This document shows positions 22,824 through 35,883 of a stretch of DNA of 64,000 nt, in pieces. Source of the stretch: Schizochytrium sp. TIO01 (taxonomy: Eukaryota; Protista; Bigyra: Labyrinthulomycetes); the NCBI GenBank assembly GCA_004764695.1, contig SMSO01000034.1, positions 4,526,001-4,590,000 of the forward strand. Direction: 5' to 3'. The translations under genes and the position numbers were made by a program. How positions within the stretch are numbered: position 1 is the stretch's first letter; every line of letters begins with the position of its first letter. Under the pieces are notes generated by a model. The model made no database searches and was not told where the DNA came from. It worked only from the letters and a program-made list of their open reading frames with translations.

Positions 22824-25490
22824 TCAACTTGATCTTACAGTTTGCTCGAAGCGGTGAGAAGTCGAGGACCGACTTACAGTGAGACTGTCAGCACTCGAAG
22901 GGATTAAGGATTCTGCAGAGTAGAACTCGCCCAAGATCTCAGAGTACAGATGCAACTGCTTCAGATAGAAATCTTCAACAGCCCTGCGTTGATAAACATG
23001 ACAGATCATGAAGACATAGCCCGGCTATGTCCTCTTTTAGGCCTACAAGTATCTTTGCAAGTTATTAGCGATGAAATTTGTCATGTGAAGGTTTCCACAA
23101 CCACCATCACTATAATCTTCCCAGGACAAAGCCGTCTTATTCTTCAAGTTAACTTACATGTAGTCATGAAGAGACCAAGAGCAGCGTGTGGTTTCAATCC
23201 TTAAATCTCCCACAATCCCCCGTTAAAAGGTCGGCCATGATTGTTCTCGAGTGAGCGATTTCCAAGTCCCAATCTAAAAGCGGATTGCACTACTGGGTCC
23301 TAGGAAATGCATGAAACAAAGCCTCCATCGAAGGCAGTTCTTGCCACAATGCCCCCTTCGCGAGTGCTAGATTCCCTCCAAGCATCCTCGGACCTTCACT
23401 TTTGCAAGACTCTCCAGGTTAGCATGGAATTTGTGACATTTGAGCTAACCTAGAAACAGAAAAGTTAAGTTGTCTCGTTTTCAACCCAAACTTTAGTTGT
23501 GAAAATTTACTATCTCTCTCTCGAACGTAGCAGCAGTTAGGCAGTGCTTAGTAGACAGGCCGGGTAGGTACCAGAATACTTAAGTACCTACTTCTCCATA
23601 ACTGCTGACATTCTGGGAGCAGGTTCTTCTTTTTGCACGCCAAAACTCTACTCACAACTGAAGATCGATTGCAGCAATGCTGCCCTGAACTTGAACTTGA
23701 ACTTGAACTTGAACTTGAACTTGAACTTGAACTTGAGCTTGTCTACCATTTGCCACGGCTTGGACAGCTCCAGCGTCTCGAAAAATCTTCATCACTTGAA
23801 GTGGATCATCCAAGATTTCATTCATCCTCATCGTCAAAGTTCCCTCTTTTTCGACAACCAAAACTTACAAAACCAGTATCTGCGCCACTCCTATAGTAAA
23901 CGGTATACAGGCCTTACAAGTCTCGTTCATGGCACCGCTGAACTTTCAGAACCCAGCGGGAACCTCTTCTGCACGTCATGGCAACTCGAAGGTCCAAAGA
24001 TAGAGCTACCCAATTTTTCCATGAAAAAGGCAAAAGACTCAGAACTAATAGGTCGAAGATGAGGATTCTGGCACATTGCAATCAAGACGAAGGCGCATTT
24101 CCGTGGGTCTTGACGGCGCGATTGAAGCACCCATACGAAGGAACTGACCAACCTCCACAGAGAAGAGGAGCTTTTGTCAGCTGACCCAATTAACAGCAGC
24201 AGAAACTGCAGAAGTAGCAGCCTCTGCGTACCTATTCGTGTCTAAGTTTGCAATAGCGCTGGCGAGTGAATACGAGGGTCTGGTGAGGTACAAGCCACCC
24301 TCGTTGCGCACACCACCAGACCGAGAGTGGTGTTGGTTTGGCCAGGTACTATTATTGTTTACTGTAGACGTGGTCCTACTTGGCACCTGAGGAAGGTATA
24401 TCAGAAGTGGCGCACGTCAAGATATTGAAGGGCTGCTTCTTGAAGCTGGATGAAAGTTCAAGCCCAAGTGCTGTCAATTCGCTGTTGGGGTTAACTGGCT
24501 GACAAGTGACTGCTGTTTCACGCGTAGGCCATACTCCGAAAGCTCTGCACTGTCGGACAAGGGTGCCTGAGAAAGTTCTGTTTCGTGTAAACGGAGAGCG
24601 ACTGCACTTGATATCCTATTACGTGAAATTAATCGCTACCTAACTCAGGGTTTGTTTGCATGGACGTTGCTAAGACTGCGAAGATAGGTTTATATATCAT
24701 ATTGCTTCTGCATCTCAACTCGGGTCGAGGAAGAGTTTGGAGATCTTGTTCATCTTACCGAATGCTGAATATGCAGTTCGTTCACGATCACGACTCGCGA
24801 TACTGATCTTGAAGAAGGTTATGAGCTTGCAGTCATAGCTTCTATCGCAACGACGACCTGCTGCTTCAACTCTCCTCGACGCTGGTCAGGCAATGCAATG
24901 CCTTGAAAGAAACTCGCCACATTAGCGACTGCGCAGGAGTTGAATCTTGGAAGCAGGCACGTCTACGCTAGCAGTCACTAGGTCGTCGATAATACATTCC
25001 TAGTACTTACAGCAGCGCTCTTATTCTCATCACGAGGCGGGGTTCTTCGTAAAGGTAGAATCGTGATGGAGAGGGTCTAAAGTTGCTGGGAACCGGCTGT
25101 ATGTTATCGTGGTTCGACTTGAAGAACCAGCTGAGCTTGAAGAAAGAGTGGCCTGGTGAGAACAGTCGTAGTAGAGTACTGCTAAGGTTTCTGCCGATTG
25201 CATCTGGCGGGACTGAACCAACTGGTTTAAGCCGGGATTCTCTGTAAACAGAATTCCGACTTGGAGGTGGTACAGATGAGACTGCTAGTAGGATCGAAGA
25301 AGCTGACTGTCCTGACTCACAGGGGAAATACTCGCTAGTGTAGCAACGACGACGTCCTACCTTGAGCTGGCAGTTTTGCCTGAACTCACACCCGCCGAGT
25401 TCTCGCAGAACTTTCAGAGGAAATATCTGATATCACGTCTCGGTTTGCAGATGCTTTGGGGCTCGAACTGGCAGTGGTGCTGCTCATGAT
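22824..25490 (-). pseudogene. Decayed coding-like region (unidentified product)
   Basis: Succession of protein-like minus-strand ORF fragments (22824-23009, 23652-23861, 23927-24151, 24177-24386, 25030-25221) interrupted by stops and frameshifts. Acceptor-like TTTTCTGTTTCTAG near 23450. Confidence 0.35.
23687..23734. repeat. (GAACTT)8 hexanucleotide microsatellite
   Basis: Direct reading; encodes the QV/EL/NL runs in the spurious or decayed ORFs. Confidence 0.95.
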
Positions 25491-25932
25491 AAAAGAAAGT
25501 GAACTGGTAGTGGGAACCTAGAGCTGAACACCTACGTTGCTGCATCTGCACAATGGGTTTACAGAGATGGAAGCTGCTTCGAAAGAGGAACTAAAGACAA
25601 GAAAACAAGACTCACCTTGAGCAATGCTGCTCACTGATGGAAAAAATAACAGGATGCAAGCGTAAACCACCCTATATACACATGCGCTGCGCTAGTCAAC
25701 GATCAGATTATAAAGCTCTTTGATTTAGATTATATGATGTTCACAACTCTAAATTTTGTCTTGTCAAAAAGAATGATATCGGCCATATTGATTTGGAAAA
25801 TGATTAGAACAATAGGAAAACAGCATGTTTCTCTGATTTGAGGATAAATTTTAATGGTGGTCAATAGTGTCGCTAAGCCGAAGACTTTCTTTGAATGAAA
25901 GGCATATATATGTTGTACTTGTCTATGTTGTG

Positions 25933-27219
25933 TTATGACACCGAGTGTGCTTTGGGGTCAATGTATGAAAGAGGTGTAGATGTTTGGGAATCGGCCCGGA
26001 AAATAATCGATGCGGATCTCAAATCCGTAGGGAAACTTGATACTGCAGGCTCGACTTGCATGTTGCGCATATACTTTGGCTTGTGCATCCTTTCGCTTCT
26101 GTAGAATAGATAGATTGTAAGAATAGCGAATGCGCAGAGAAAATGCCAAAATGCATTGAATTGGAAAAAATTGTCTGGATCACAGTATTTGAGCGATTCT
26201 CCTACATTTAACATCGCGAAGCCAAGGCCGAGACCAAACCCTGAGATAAAGATGTTCCGCCAGGCGCGGAAAAAGATGCGATCTGGTTGCCCTCGCCGCA
26301 AAAGTCCACGGCGTATGCATGCTAGAAAGAAAAAGCCTAAAGCTGCTGCAATCTGGCCGTACATGAGGTTTTTGACTGTGATGCTAAGATTATAAAATGT
26401 CATGATAAAGGTCAAAATCACAACAAGAAGGAAAATCGCGAGACGAATTGGAATGAGAAGATCGCGTGGCATATCGGGGTTGAAAATCATCATAAAGCTC
26501 CCGGCAATGACAAAATTGAGGGTGGCAAAGACACCGCCAACATCAAGTTGCTCGGTCAGTTTAGTATTGTGTGCGTAGTACATAAATGAAAAACTGCCAA
26601 AGAGAAAGGATGAAGTGCCATACAGCAAACTGTACAATGGACAAAGAATGGTGTGGTTCTCGATATTAAAAGGCGCGTCGTCAGGAGCTGCGAAGAACGA
26701 GCCTACGCGAACGCGATCAGCGAGACCACAAAGTATTGCGAATAAACCAACAACACAAAAACCAAGGTTCGACATACTATTGATTGGCAGCTCCATCAAA
26801 GCATTTTCTTGAAATGTTTCGCAGTACTCCTCTGATGCACTGGCATTACGTGCTTCACCCCAGAAGCTGGACTGCCAGTGCCTGTCAGTACAGGATTCTG
26901 ATGCTTCGCATATTTTCAGCCATGCAATTGTAGACGCTAAAGCAAGACCTTCAATAGTAAGCACTGCGAGATCCCCCGCTCTTGTAAATGGCCATGCAAC
27001 TCGCGATTGGACGACTTCTTCTGGGGTCCTTATGAACTTCATGGCTGCTTGAAGCACGTGGCCCAATCCTATATAAAGAAGGTCTTTACACCGCACCCAA
27101 AGGAACCAAAGACTCCCTTCTGTGGCGATCTTTAACCTAGCCACGTTGCAGGATGATATAGTTCGGGTTCTGCTTCTCTCGACGTTCGACTTGCCGGACT
27201 CGGACTCAGAATTGAGCAC
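25933..27219 (-). CDS. CREST-superfamily (alkaline ceramidase-like) 7TM protein; start uncertain (first ATG 27042)
   Basis: 'YCE...LPINSMSNLGF', 'GSFSFMYYAHNT..EQLD' and 'YCDPDNFFQFNAFWHFLCAFA..YLFYRSE' follow the ceramidase/CREST motif layout; multiple hydrophobic helices. Confidence 0.7.
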   Translation of the reverse strand: MLNSESESGKSNVERSRTRTISSCNVARLKIATEGSLWFLWVRCKDLLYIGLGHVLQAAMKFIRTPEEVVQSRVAWPFTRAGDLAVLTIEGLALASTIAWLKICEASESCTDRHWQSSFWGEARNASASEEYCETFQENALMELPINSMSNLGFCVVGLFAILCGLADRVRVGSFFAAPDDAPFNIENHTILCPLYSLLYGTSSFLFGSFSFMYYAHNTKLTEQLDVGGVFATLNFVIAGSFMMIFNPDMPRDLLIPIRLAIFLLVVILTFIMTFYNLSITVKNLMYGQIAAALGFFFLACIRRGLLRRGQPDRIFFRAWRNIFISGFGLGLGFAMLNVGESLKYCDPDNFFQFNAFWHFLCAFAILTIYLFYRSERMHKPKYMRNMQVEPAVSSFPTDLRSASIIFRADSQTSTPLSYIDPKAHSVS

Positions 27220-28939
27220 GTCCCTGCTGAAAGACGGAACCTTGCCTAGCTAACTTTCACGTGCTAAGTACCTACTACTTCCTCTGAAGTACCCACACTT
27301 CTACCTTCAACTACTACTAAGGTTTAATAAATAAAGAGTGTAGTAGCCCAGGTTAAACATTTCAGGACCAGTCCAGCTCCGGGCTGCTGCATCTAGTCTC
27401 CATCTTCAATCAATCCTCTGCCTGCGTCTTTGTCAACTCTCCTGCTGTGAAAGATCCTAGGTAGGTACTTACCATCGGGTGTCTAAATCTCTCGCTTAGA
27501 ACACCAATATAAGGGCTGATAAACATTCAACGTAGAAAATCACAACAGAGGCCTAGTGCAATTTTATAATAGTTGGACTAAAGTACCTACCTAGGTATAT
27601 ATGCTAGGTGTAAAAATGTAAAATAGAGTGGCTTCTTCCACCCACTTGGATTGAACCTGCGGAATCTGCAACTTGCAAGATAGACTTGCCCCGACAAACC
27701 AATTGAAGCGCTATGGCACAGGAAGTCATACAAGCTGGTCTTTGGTCATGAAATAAAGTTTCAAGGGAATGCCTACCAGTTCTTTCGGTGCCAAGCGAGC
27801 ACTGGACTTTTCCATGGATGTAAATAAATCTCCGTGTGCACTACTAGTTCTATGATGATGGTACTTGGCATCAATCTGAAATTCAGCTCAGCTGGTTTTT
27901 CGCTAAACATTCTGTACTTTCAAGTCAAGTTCCCCATTTGTCGAAATCCAGCGAGGCGCTAAATTACAGACGTGTGCCCAGCAACTTGAAGAGAGGTAAA
28001 GTAGTGATGAAAGACATTGGAAGGGCTGCCTCGACAATTGCAGTTTCCAGCATGACTATTCAAAAACAATGCGTAGAGATGGTGGGTGAGACAATTGCAA
28101 GATAGCAGGGCCTCAGTAGAGATACCCATGAACGATACCTGGATGCTACAAACATCAGACCTATAATAAATGGTATGGATAGATAGATGTAAATAAAATT
28201 GTATGAATCGGACTTCTCTCGTTCGCGAAAAAAAAAGCTAATGTTAAGCATATCGAGATGAACTTGCACAAAGAGGTAACTGAGCAGGCTTTCATCGAAC
28301 TCCCACAATGAGTTTGTGTACAGTTTGTGTGCCCCTCAGAATCAAGATATATCTTCCTTACTTTAAAAGACGAAAATTATTTTGTCTTTCTCCAAGCAGC
28401 ACCATCAACTGCAGACTTTGGTTACGAATGTTATATAAAAAAAACGTGAACTTATGTTATAGTTTGCGAATGGACGTTGTATAGACAAGAGCTACGAAGG
28501 TAGCCCACAACAAAGGAAGACGAAGACTTTTGCTCCTTTCTTTTTTATTGAAGTTGAGAATATCAATCAGGAGAGAGATTTGAGAGGGTGAATTATTCTA
28601 CCCAATCCATAATAGATATAGAATTTACTCCTGATAAATATGTTTGTCTCCGTCACCGTCAAGCACCTTTGCAGCCTCGCATTTGATAACTAACACGCGA
28701 GTGCTTTTCTAAAGACACGTTACTTTCAAAGAATCACGGGTCTTCCATATGTGGCATGGGGTAACACAAGCGTGTGCTGTAGATGCAATAAAAAGCTTCA
28801 AAAAGAAGAAGAAGTAGAAAGGAGGGGTGAAAAGAGTACGAGTAGAGATCAGATATGCAATATAGGCCACGATAGAAGCAAAAGCTAAACATGCACCAAT
28901 GAGCGCCACTGATCCCTAAAAGAACTTGATACAAGAAAT

Positions 28940-30064
28940 CTAAACGCGGGCTGTAGCGCTCGTAGACTCCAGATCAGCCTCCGCATCATCGTTACGGTAC
29001 GAGTGTAGAGGGGGGAGGTCGATTTCGAGCGCATCTCCACTTGTTAGGCTTGTGCGGCTAGAGCAACGGTCGTCGGGTTTGGGGACAGGGAGGTAGCCAT
29101 CGCTGCTTTCATCATCATCGTCGATCTTGTGTTCCTTCGTGGTAAGCACAAGCATGCCGCTGAGTGTCACGAGGGTTCCAATGATGAAGAAGGTCATTTG
29201 AAGAGTCGAAAGGTCCTTCCATTCACCAAAATATACAAGACCTCCAGTGACCCCCGAGATGATCCAATAGCTCTGGTAAACAGGGACAACCAACAGAGAG
29301 TCGTAGCGTTTCAGTCCGCCGTTGAGGAAGGTAATTTGAGTGATAAGGCAGATTGCCAAGAGGACAATGATAATGTAGGTTTCAATATGAGTGAAGACAT
29401 CATCGCCATGGGTTGCATCCTTGATCAGCTCCATTGTGCTCTTTGCAAAAAGCACACTTTGACCACCAACAATGCCAGCAAATCCAGCATATCCGATCAT
29501 TTCGCAGGTTTTCTTCTGCTGGGCGTTCAAGGGAGCCTTGCTCCAGCTCGCAAACTGAATGAATCCGTAATGCAATGCTAGAAGGACAGGGACGAGGACG
29601 GCGTAAATGTACATGCGCGTCTCGTTATAGAGCTCAAGAAGGGTTTCAAAGGGATACTCTTTCTCTTCATGGTTTGCAAAGACAACAGTGAGAGCAGTTC
29701 CGAAGAAGATGAGGCAGACAGCCTTAATATCTGTAGACGTGTGCTGTTCGTCAAGCATCCAGTTCGCCATGCCAAGGTTCCATATAAGTGAGAGAGCGGC
29801 AAGGGGAGCAAGCAGACTCTGTGGCGCTAGGCCAAAGGCGACGAAATCAATAATACTGCCCACTAGGACGCAGGTAAATCCCATGACCCATCGCGGTTGT
29901 TGCCAAGGGTTCACGTTGGCATTCTGAGGCAAGCACAATGAGTACTTTTGCATGTTCAGGCCGAGGCATGTCACAAATGATGCTGCCACTGCCAGAACAA
30001 CGCCCATGGCCACTACGAAGCCATCGCTCAGCATACGATAGTCCAATCCATCGCTCCACGACAT
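28940..30064 (-). CDS. NIPA-family magnesium transporter (intronless paralog), 374 aa
   Basis: 'GLNMQKYS', 'DFVAFGLAPQSLLAPLAALSLIWN', 'GGQSVLFAKS', 'QITFLNGGLKRYDSLLVVPVYQSYW', ~9 TM helices. Confidence 0.9.
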   Translation of the reverse strand: MSWSDGLDYRMLSDGFVVAMGVVLAVAASFVTCLGLNMQKYSLCLPQNANVNPWQQPRWVMGFTCVLVGSIIDFVAFGLAPQSLLAPLAALSLIWNLGMANWMLDEQHTSTDIKAVCLIFFGTALTVVFANHEEKEYPFETLLELYNETRMYIYAVLVPVLLALHYGFIQFASWSKAPLNAQQKKTCEMIGYAGFAGIVGGQSVLFAKSTMELIKDATHGDDVFTHIETYIIIVLLAICLITQITFLNGGLKRYDSLLVVPVYQSYWIISGVTGGLVYFGEWKDLSTLQMTFFIIGTLVTLSGMLVLTTKEHKIDDDDESSDGYLPVPKPDDRCSSRTSLTSGDALEIDLPPLHSYRNDDAEADLESTSATARV

Positions 30065-33000
30065 CGTGCCTAGGGTTTCTGCTTCTCACTCAGTTCGTCC
30101 CCTGCAGTGATTCTGTGTTTGCTTTTGCTGGCTTGCTAAAAAAAGATGTCAAGTCAAGTCGGCGTGCGCCACACCAAAGTTAGTTACTCTCTGTCTCACC
30201 GTGTGTAACTCCCACAAAAGAGAGACCAAATCGAGGATGCGCTCTTGTTTTTTTGGTGTCGCACACAAAACTACGATTTGGTTTTTCCTGTTTCTGCAAA
30301 CTGCGCGGGCAGGTGAGACTTTGCCTGGGTTTAGTTTCACGCAATCACTTCTTGGAGAAAGAAAATGAGAAAGACCTCGTCTGCTTTGCCAGCTGTCGTC
30401 GCACACGTACGAGCACGCGCGTTACAAAGGCCGTGGGAAGGAAGTTTGGGAACCAGCGATAGGGTAAACTCTATCTACCTATTAAGCAGCACCACTTACC
30501 AATATCAGGAGTGAATTCGCCAATTCGTCCTCGTACCTACAGAATTCCACCTTGCTGCTGTGAAATGCAAAGCAAATCAGTCGCAAGCCTCTACAAATAA
30601 AGAAACACCAATCACTCCAGACAATGCAATCAAAAGCTTATTCGTCTCGTTGCACAAGTTGGAGGTAACAATCACTAGCCAGCACAGCGATTTTGGGGAA
30701 GTAAGAAGGTACCTTTGCAATTGCAAATATAAAGAGCTCAATGAGATGAGATGAACTCTCCCAGTCGCTTCAACTAAGCCCAAAATACCGCGTGGATGCT
30801 AAAAGCGGCTTGAATTGAATTACGCTAAACAGGCTGAATTGAAGTAAGTGACTATTTGCAATAGGCAATTGAAAAGGAAGCTCCAAGGTCACTCAGGCCA
30901 GCTCCCGGAGATGATAGTTGGCAACACCGTTTCGATTTTACGCTCGTTTCTCACGCCAAGGAGACGAGCTTCTTCGCCGGGTCGGTTTCGAGCTTGCGAG
31001 TTCTCAGTTGATGGTATTTGTACGTGTCCTTTCAAGAGTAGCTAGGTCAGTACCAAGGAAGGAGAAACCCAGAAGAAGAAAGATGAAAGAAGGTCCGATC
31101 GCCTTCGACGTGCGGCCTTGACGCACGATGAGTTTCGCAGCGGAGGTCCCTGCCGCGGTCGCACGAGGGTGGAGGGTGAGAGGGGGAGTTTGATTGAGGT
31201 GCCGCACGTCTGCCGGTCGTCAGGGAACGGCGCGCAGAGCGAGGGCCGGGAGAAGGGTCAATGAATGAATGAATGAACGTCTGTCTCTCTGTCTGGCTCA
31301 GAGAAGGAAGCAGAAAGAAAACTTTTTCATAACTTTTCAGAAACAATCAATCATTGATCATCATATTACTAACTCGAAAAGAAAGGAAAAAAGAATTCCT
31401 TAGAAATCATGGCGTTTCCTCTATGCGAAAACGATCTGTCCTTCAGCGCAGTTTCAATCAAATTATCCTATAATATCCCCCACAGGCACCACATGGCACC
31501 GCCGCAACATGAGGGGTCTCCAACGTACAGAGGCAGGGTATAATTATTTGTTGATATGGAAGGAAGGTGTCCCGGGTGGTTTGCTGGAGAACGCACACTT
31601 TTGGTCATTGATGGCGCAAGAAGACTACGGATAAAACTTGTATGAATGGCCTTGAAAGGTGGGTAATAGGGAGAATAGAGAGCGGAGAAGGGCGGCTAAG
31701 GTGCGCGATAGGATGGGAGCGGCTGCGCAGAGGAAGATACGAGTTTTATGAGGAGAGGCCGATGAATTCTGAAGCTAAGCTGGCGAGGTGGAGAAGAGTT
31801 TTGACTGGATAAGCAATTTGGCAGACTCGGGAGAAACGCAAAGCCTTGTGCCAAAGTTGAAGATGCTCTGCAGAGACTCGACTCGACTCGACTCGCTCTC
31901 GACTCTGGCAGTGATGTGTGTGCTACGGGCAAAGGGAAAACATGGACTGAGTACTGAGTCTGCTGCAGGAACAATGGCGTCAGATGCGTTTTCTCAAGGC
32001 TGAACATGAGAGATATAAAGTGTGGTATTGCCCGCCTTGTCAGCTTTTTGGATGCCAAGGTAGTGGGATTATCAGTAACGAATAGTAAGGTTTTATGGCA
32101 GAGGAATCCGAAGGATGCATTTCCGATGATGGGGAGGGCTCAGCGATGAATGACCTCCTCGATACAATATGTAAACGATATTTTAAAGATGGAAGAACTC
32201 TCAAGTTCAGGATTTGCATTGCGCGAGAAATACGTTGAGGAACTATCAGACCGCCACAACCTTTTCAGCGAGAGGCAAAGCTCTTTTGACGCGTTCATCA
32301 CGATAGTAATTGAGGGGCGCAAAATATCAAACAAGTTTTACAAATGTTGTTTGGTCGAGCGTCCGACGACCTTTTACTTTTTCTATTTTATTGAAGTTGG
32401 CGTTTCACAGGGAAAGCTCAAGGCCGATTCATGTATTGTCCTCGTTAATCTGAAGGAGACTGTAGAGTATGTCAAGCTTGAAAAAACATGATGTAGTCAA
32501 GTTTGATTGCAGTGGTGTCAACGCATACACACCAGATTTTCAAGCAGGTAAACCATTCCTCCTTTCTCCCTGTCAAGCATTATGCAAAGCAGTGCTAGTG
32601 TGGTGTTGTTGTGTATTACGAAATAGAAAAGTTGCTTAGAAAACCAGTCATAACATTCTGGGATAAGGAATTGATGCAAAACTGGTCTTTCAGAGACATA
32701 GAACTAGGCTAACAGTAGTAATATACATGGCGAGGCTTCGCAGCATGCTTTGAGAAGCTTTACGGTTGTCAACATAAACCCATTCATTACGAAAGGTTGA
32801 CACCATAATCTAAGCATGGGTGTATTCTCCCTTCATGGGTCTTCGTTGTACCTTAGCTCTTCAATTTTTGTGATGTTGTTCTTTTGTTCTTAGTAAGCAG
32901 TCATAGTTCTGAATAAAGAGAGTAAGACTATGAGCACTTAAATGATGTTTGTCAGTATAACATAAATTTAGTTTTGACGTATCAACCCGATAGGATTTTG

Positions 33001-33507
33001 CTCAGACCTTGTGTTATTCGGAAATCAATCTATGGTGCGCGGTGCTGCCACATGTACGACTACTCCAGTATCCTTTATAGTTTCCCATGCGAGAGATTGC
33101 GTATCTGCTGTATAGCCGATGTCCTTGAGCTTGCAAATCAAGTCAACCGATGTAATCTGCATTCACGGTTTTTATCGGCTCAGACCAGCACATGACCTTT
33201 AAAGTCAAAAAAAAAAAAGGTCACTACTCCTTATATACGAGAAGAGTGGATGCATCTGACCTAGTCTGGCACAGCCATTACGCCAATGAACCTGTTGGGG
33301 CCTTTTCAAGTCTCAGCAAGCATCGGCAATAGCTCCAGGAAAGATCATGGTGCATAGGGATGGGGAAGGGCATACGGAATGAGGCTGCGAGATTTTTGTA
33401 GCTACATGGGCATTGGACTGGGCTCATCTAAGAGTTTAAATCTAGGTTCCCACGATAAGATTCAGCTGTGGTTAGTATAGACTATGGTTTAGGTTATAAT
33501 GCATAGT

Positions 33508-34945
33508 TTAGGCCACATAAAATGCAAACCTTATAAAAAGGGCGTTGACCCAAGAAAGCCCCTTAACTGTGGGTGGGTCTAATGTCACAAAAGTGGTTTT
33601 ACCTCTTGAAGACGCGCAGGGTAAATGGATAACACATAGTATATGGTCTAGGAGCGCAGCACATCGAAGACCATGGCGCAGAAATCCGCGTGGAGAGATC
33701 AATGCTTGATCAATGCTTGGTGATCGGTTCTTTGTTCCAAAGACAATGTCAACCCTTGATGCTTTGTCTGGTGTCTCGAGGTTTCCATCCATCTCTCATG
33801 CCTCCAGGTGATTGGCTCGATTCAGAAAATTCTTGAGGCTGTCCTTGCCTTGTACGTATGCTTTCGTTTTGGGCTGAAGCTGTGGTGTTTCAGGAATGGC
33901 TCTGCGTGTGCGAACTGCTGTCGCAGCTTCTACAGCAAAGCGAGGAGCTCCTCGGGGATTTGAGTTGAAGGAGAAGAAGGTCAAATGCGCAATAGCCCTC
34001 TTTTCGTTGCTGCACAGTTCCAGTCTCGCCCATGATATCATTTTAGACGGGAACCAGCTTCCCGCAACGAACCCCAATTAAGCAGGCAGGTACGTCTCAC
34101 AGATCCTGGCCCGTAAATAAAAAGCTGCGCGATTCAACGTTGCATTCCTGCCGAAGCCAGTCGCAAACGTCGTGCTCTAACAGCCTGGGTCCATCGAGTC
34201 TCTCGCCCTGGTCAAGTTGCCTTTCTTTTGCCCATCGAAGTAAGTACGTCGAGAGGGGTGTGCGAAACCAGCGCGTGAGCGAGCGCTAGCACCCTGGTAG
34301 CTAGGGTTACTGGCATGGCGTCTCATCCTAGGTCAAACAACACCCACGAGCAGAAACGATATCGAAGACCCCGACCTCAAAACTGATATCAGCGAGCAAA
34401 GTCTCTCTGATATCACTGAAAAGTACATTGAGCAGGAGCAGGAGCTCCATTCGTTTGTCCGAAGAGGCCTCGATAGGACACCTTGAGCCCGGGCATGGTC
34501 GGTGCTCGGGATGCAAGAAGGTTGCCACGCTCTGAAGAGCCTCCGGCACGAAGTGGAGGTCGCTACAAAGCATCGCTTTCGCCTTCACGAGAGTTTATTG
34601 CGAAGCGGACATCAAAGGCGAATCCTATCGTTCGCACACACCGGTTTGGCATGACATGTCGACGACCATGGTCATCGTGATTATGTTTACGATGATGATA
34701 TCGTGATTATGTTTACGATGATACGACGATGGCAATGGATGGTGACCATCATGATGGAGGTCTTCTTGAGCGCCAGAATCGAGAGCTCCCGTGAGTTTGT
34801 GAGTTTGTTTGACACGTCCCCATAGTATCTTCTCTGATGACAGAGGAGTGAGTGTTGAGATGATGCAGATATTCATGGCGATCGATGCTGTGCTCATTGG
34901 CGATTCTGGTGAAGTGGAGCGCCACAGCCCAGCTCGCCGAGGCAA
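33508..34945 (-). pseudogene. Possible decayed gene fragment(s)
   Basis: Pairs of same-frame ORFs separated only by stops: 34077-33796 with 33792-33508, and 34945-34625 with 34588-34328. Includes a His-rich segment. Confidence 0.25.
34674..34722. repeat. Direct duplication of ATCGTGATTATGTTTACGATGAT (26-nt period)
   Basis: Direct reading, copies starting at 34674 and 34700. Confidence 0.85.
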
Positions 34946-35773
34946 ATTAACAACTCGAGCTTAAGCCGAAGCTTCCCTACTGCGTGTTGCAGGCACGCTG
35001 TCATACCGGCAGGCCTCGCAGGAAAGCTGAGTGCGTCGAGCGAGGCCGTCCGAGTGGCTGTCAGCAAGAGCCACCGCGATGGAGCTGACTGACTGAGCAC
35101 ACGGTCCTCTGTCCTAAAAGACCCAACAGAATGTTCAATTTTGGTGTTCTTTAGTGCAAGAACTGCGTCTCTCTCTATATATATACGTATCTATGTGGAA
35201 GTGAATGGTATGTATTCTTTTTCTTTTGATTTAGTCACGGAATGACGAAAGTGGCTAGTCACGGAAAAGGAAAAGAGTTACTGTTGTTTGTTTGTTTAGT
35301 GTTATTGTCATGGATACATACATACAATACCCTTTTTCTTTCCTCCCCCCCTTTTTGGTTGCTGTTTTGTTTGTCTTTTATTCGAAAGAGATATATATGC
35401 ACAGAGGTTTGTTTTAAAATTGTTAATTAATTTAATTAATTTTTATTTTATTTCATTTTTTAATAATTAACATTTTTTTTTAATGTTTAAAATGGTGGGG
35501 GAAACTACATTTGGTAGTTTGGTCATTCTTGGTCAGCATGTTCCTTTATTATGAACCTAACAAAAAGTGGGCTTTTGGACCTTTTCAGGTCATGAAAACG
35601 AAGTTGAACTTGAAGAAAGCGCCTCAAAGCGAATGAGGGATCAGTTATCGTAAAAATCTCTGATTTAAGCCTGCCAAAGCACTCTGCAAACGAAATGACG
35701 CAGAAATTTTCATTCAAGATTAGTTGATTTTAAATTGGATTTGCTTCATAAGCTTGTTGATTGATATTCAATT

Positions 35774-35883
35774 CAACTCAACTCAACTCAACTCAACTCA
35801 ACTCAACTCAACTCAACTCAACTCAACTCAACTCAACTCAACTCAACTCAACTCAGCTCAACTCAACTCAACTCAACTCAACT
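35774..35883. repeat. (CAACT)~22 pentanucleotide microsatellite
   Basis: Direct reading, one CAGCT variant. Confidence 0.95.

Noticed and set aside
33508-34077. In-frame TGA (33796-33798) between two ORFs as selenocysteine or readthrough
   Set aside because: No redox motif around the TGA, no recognisable selenoprotein fold and no evident SECIS; decay or chance is simpler.
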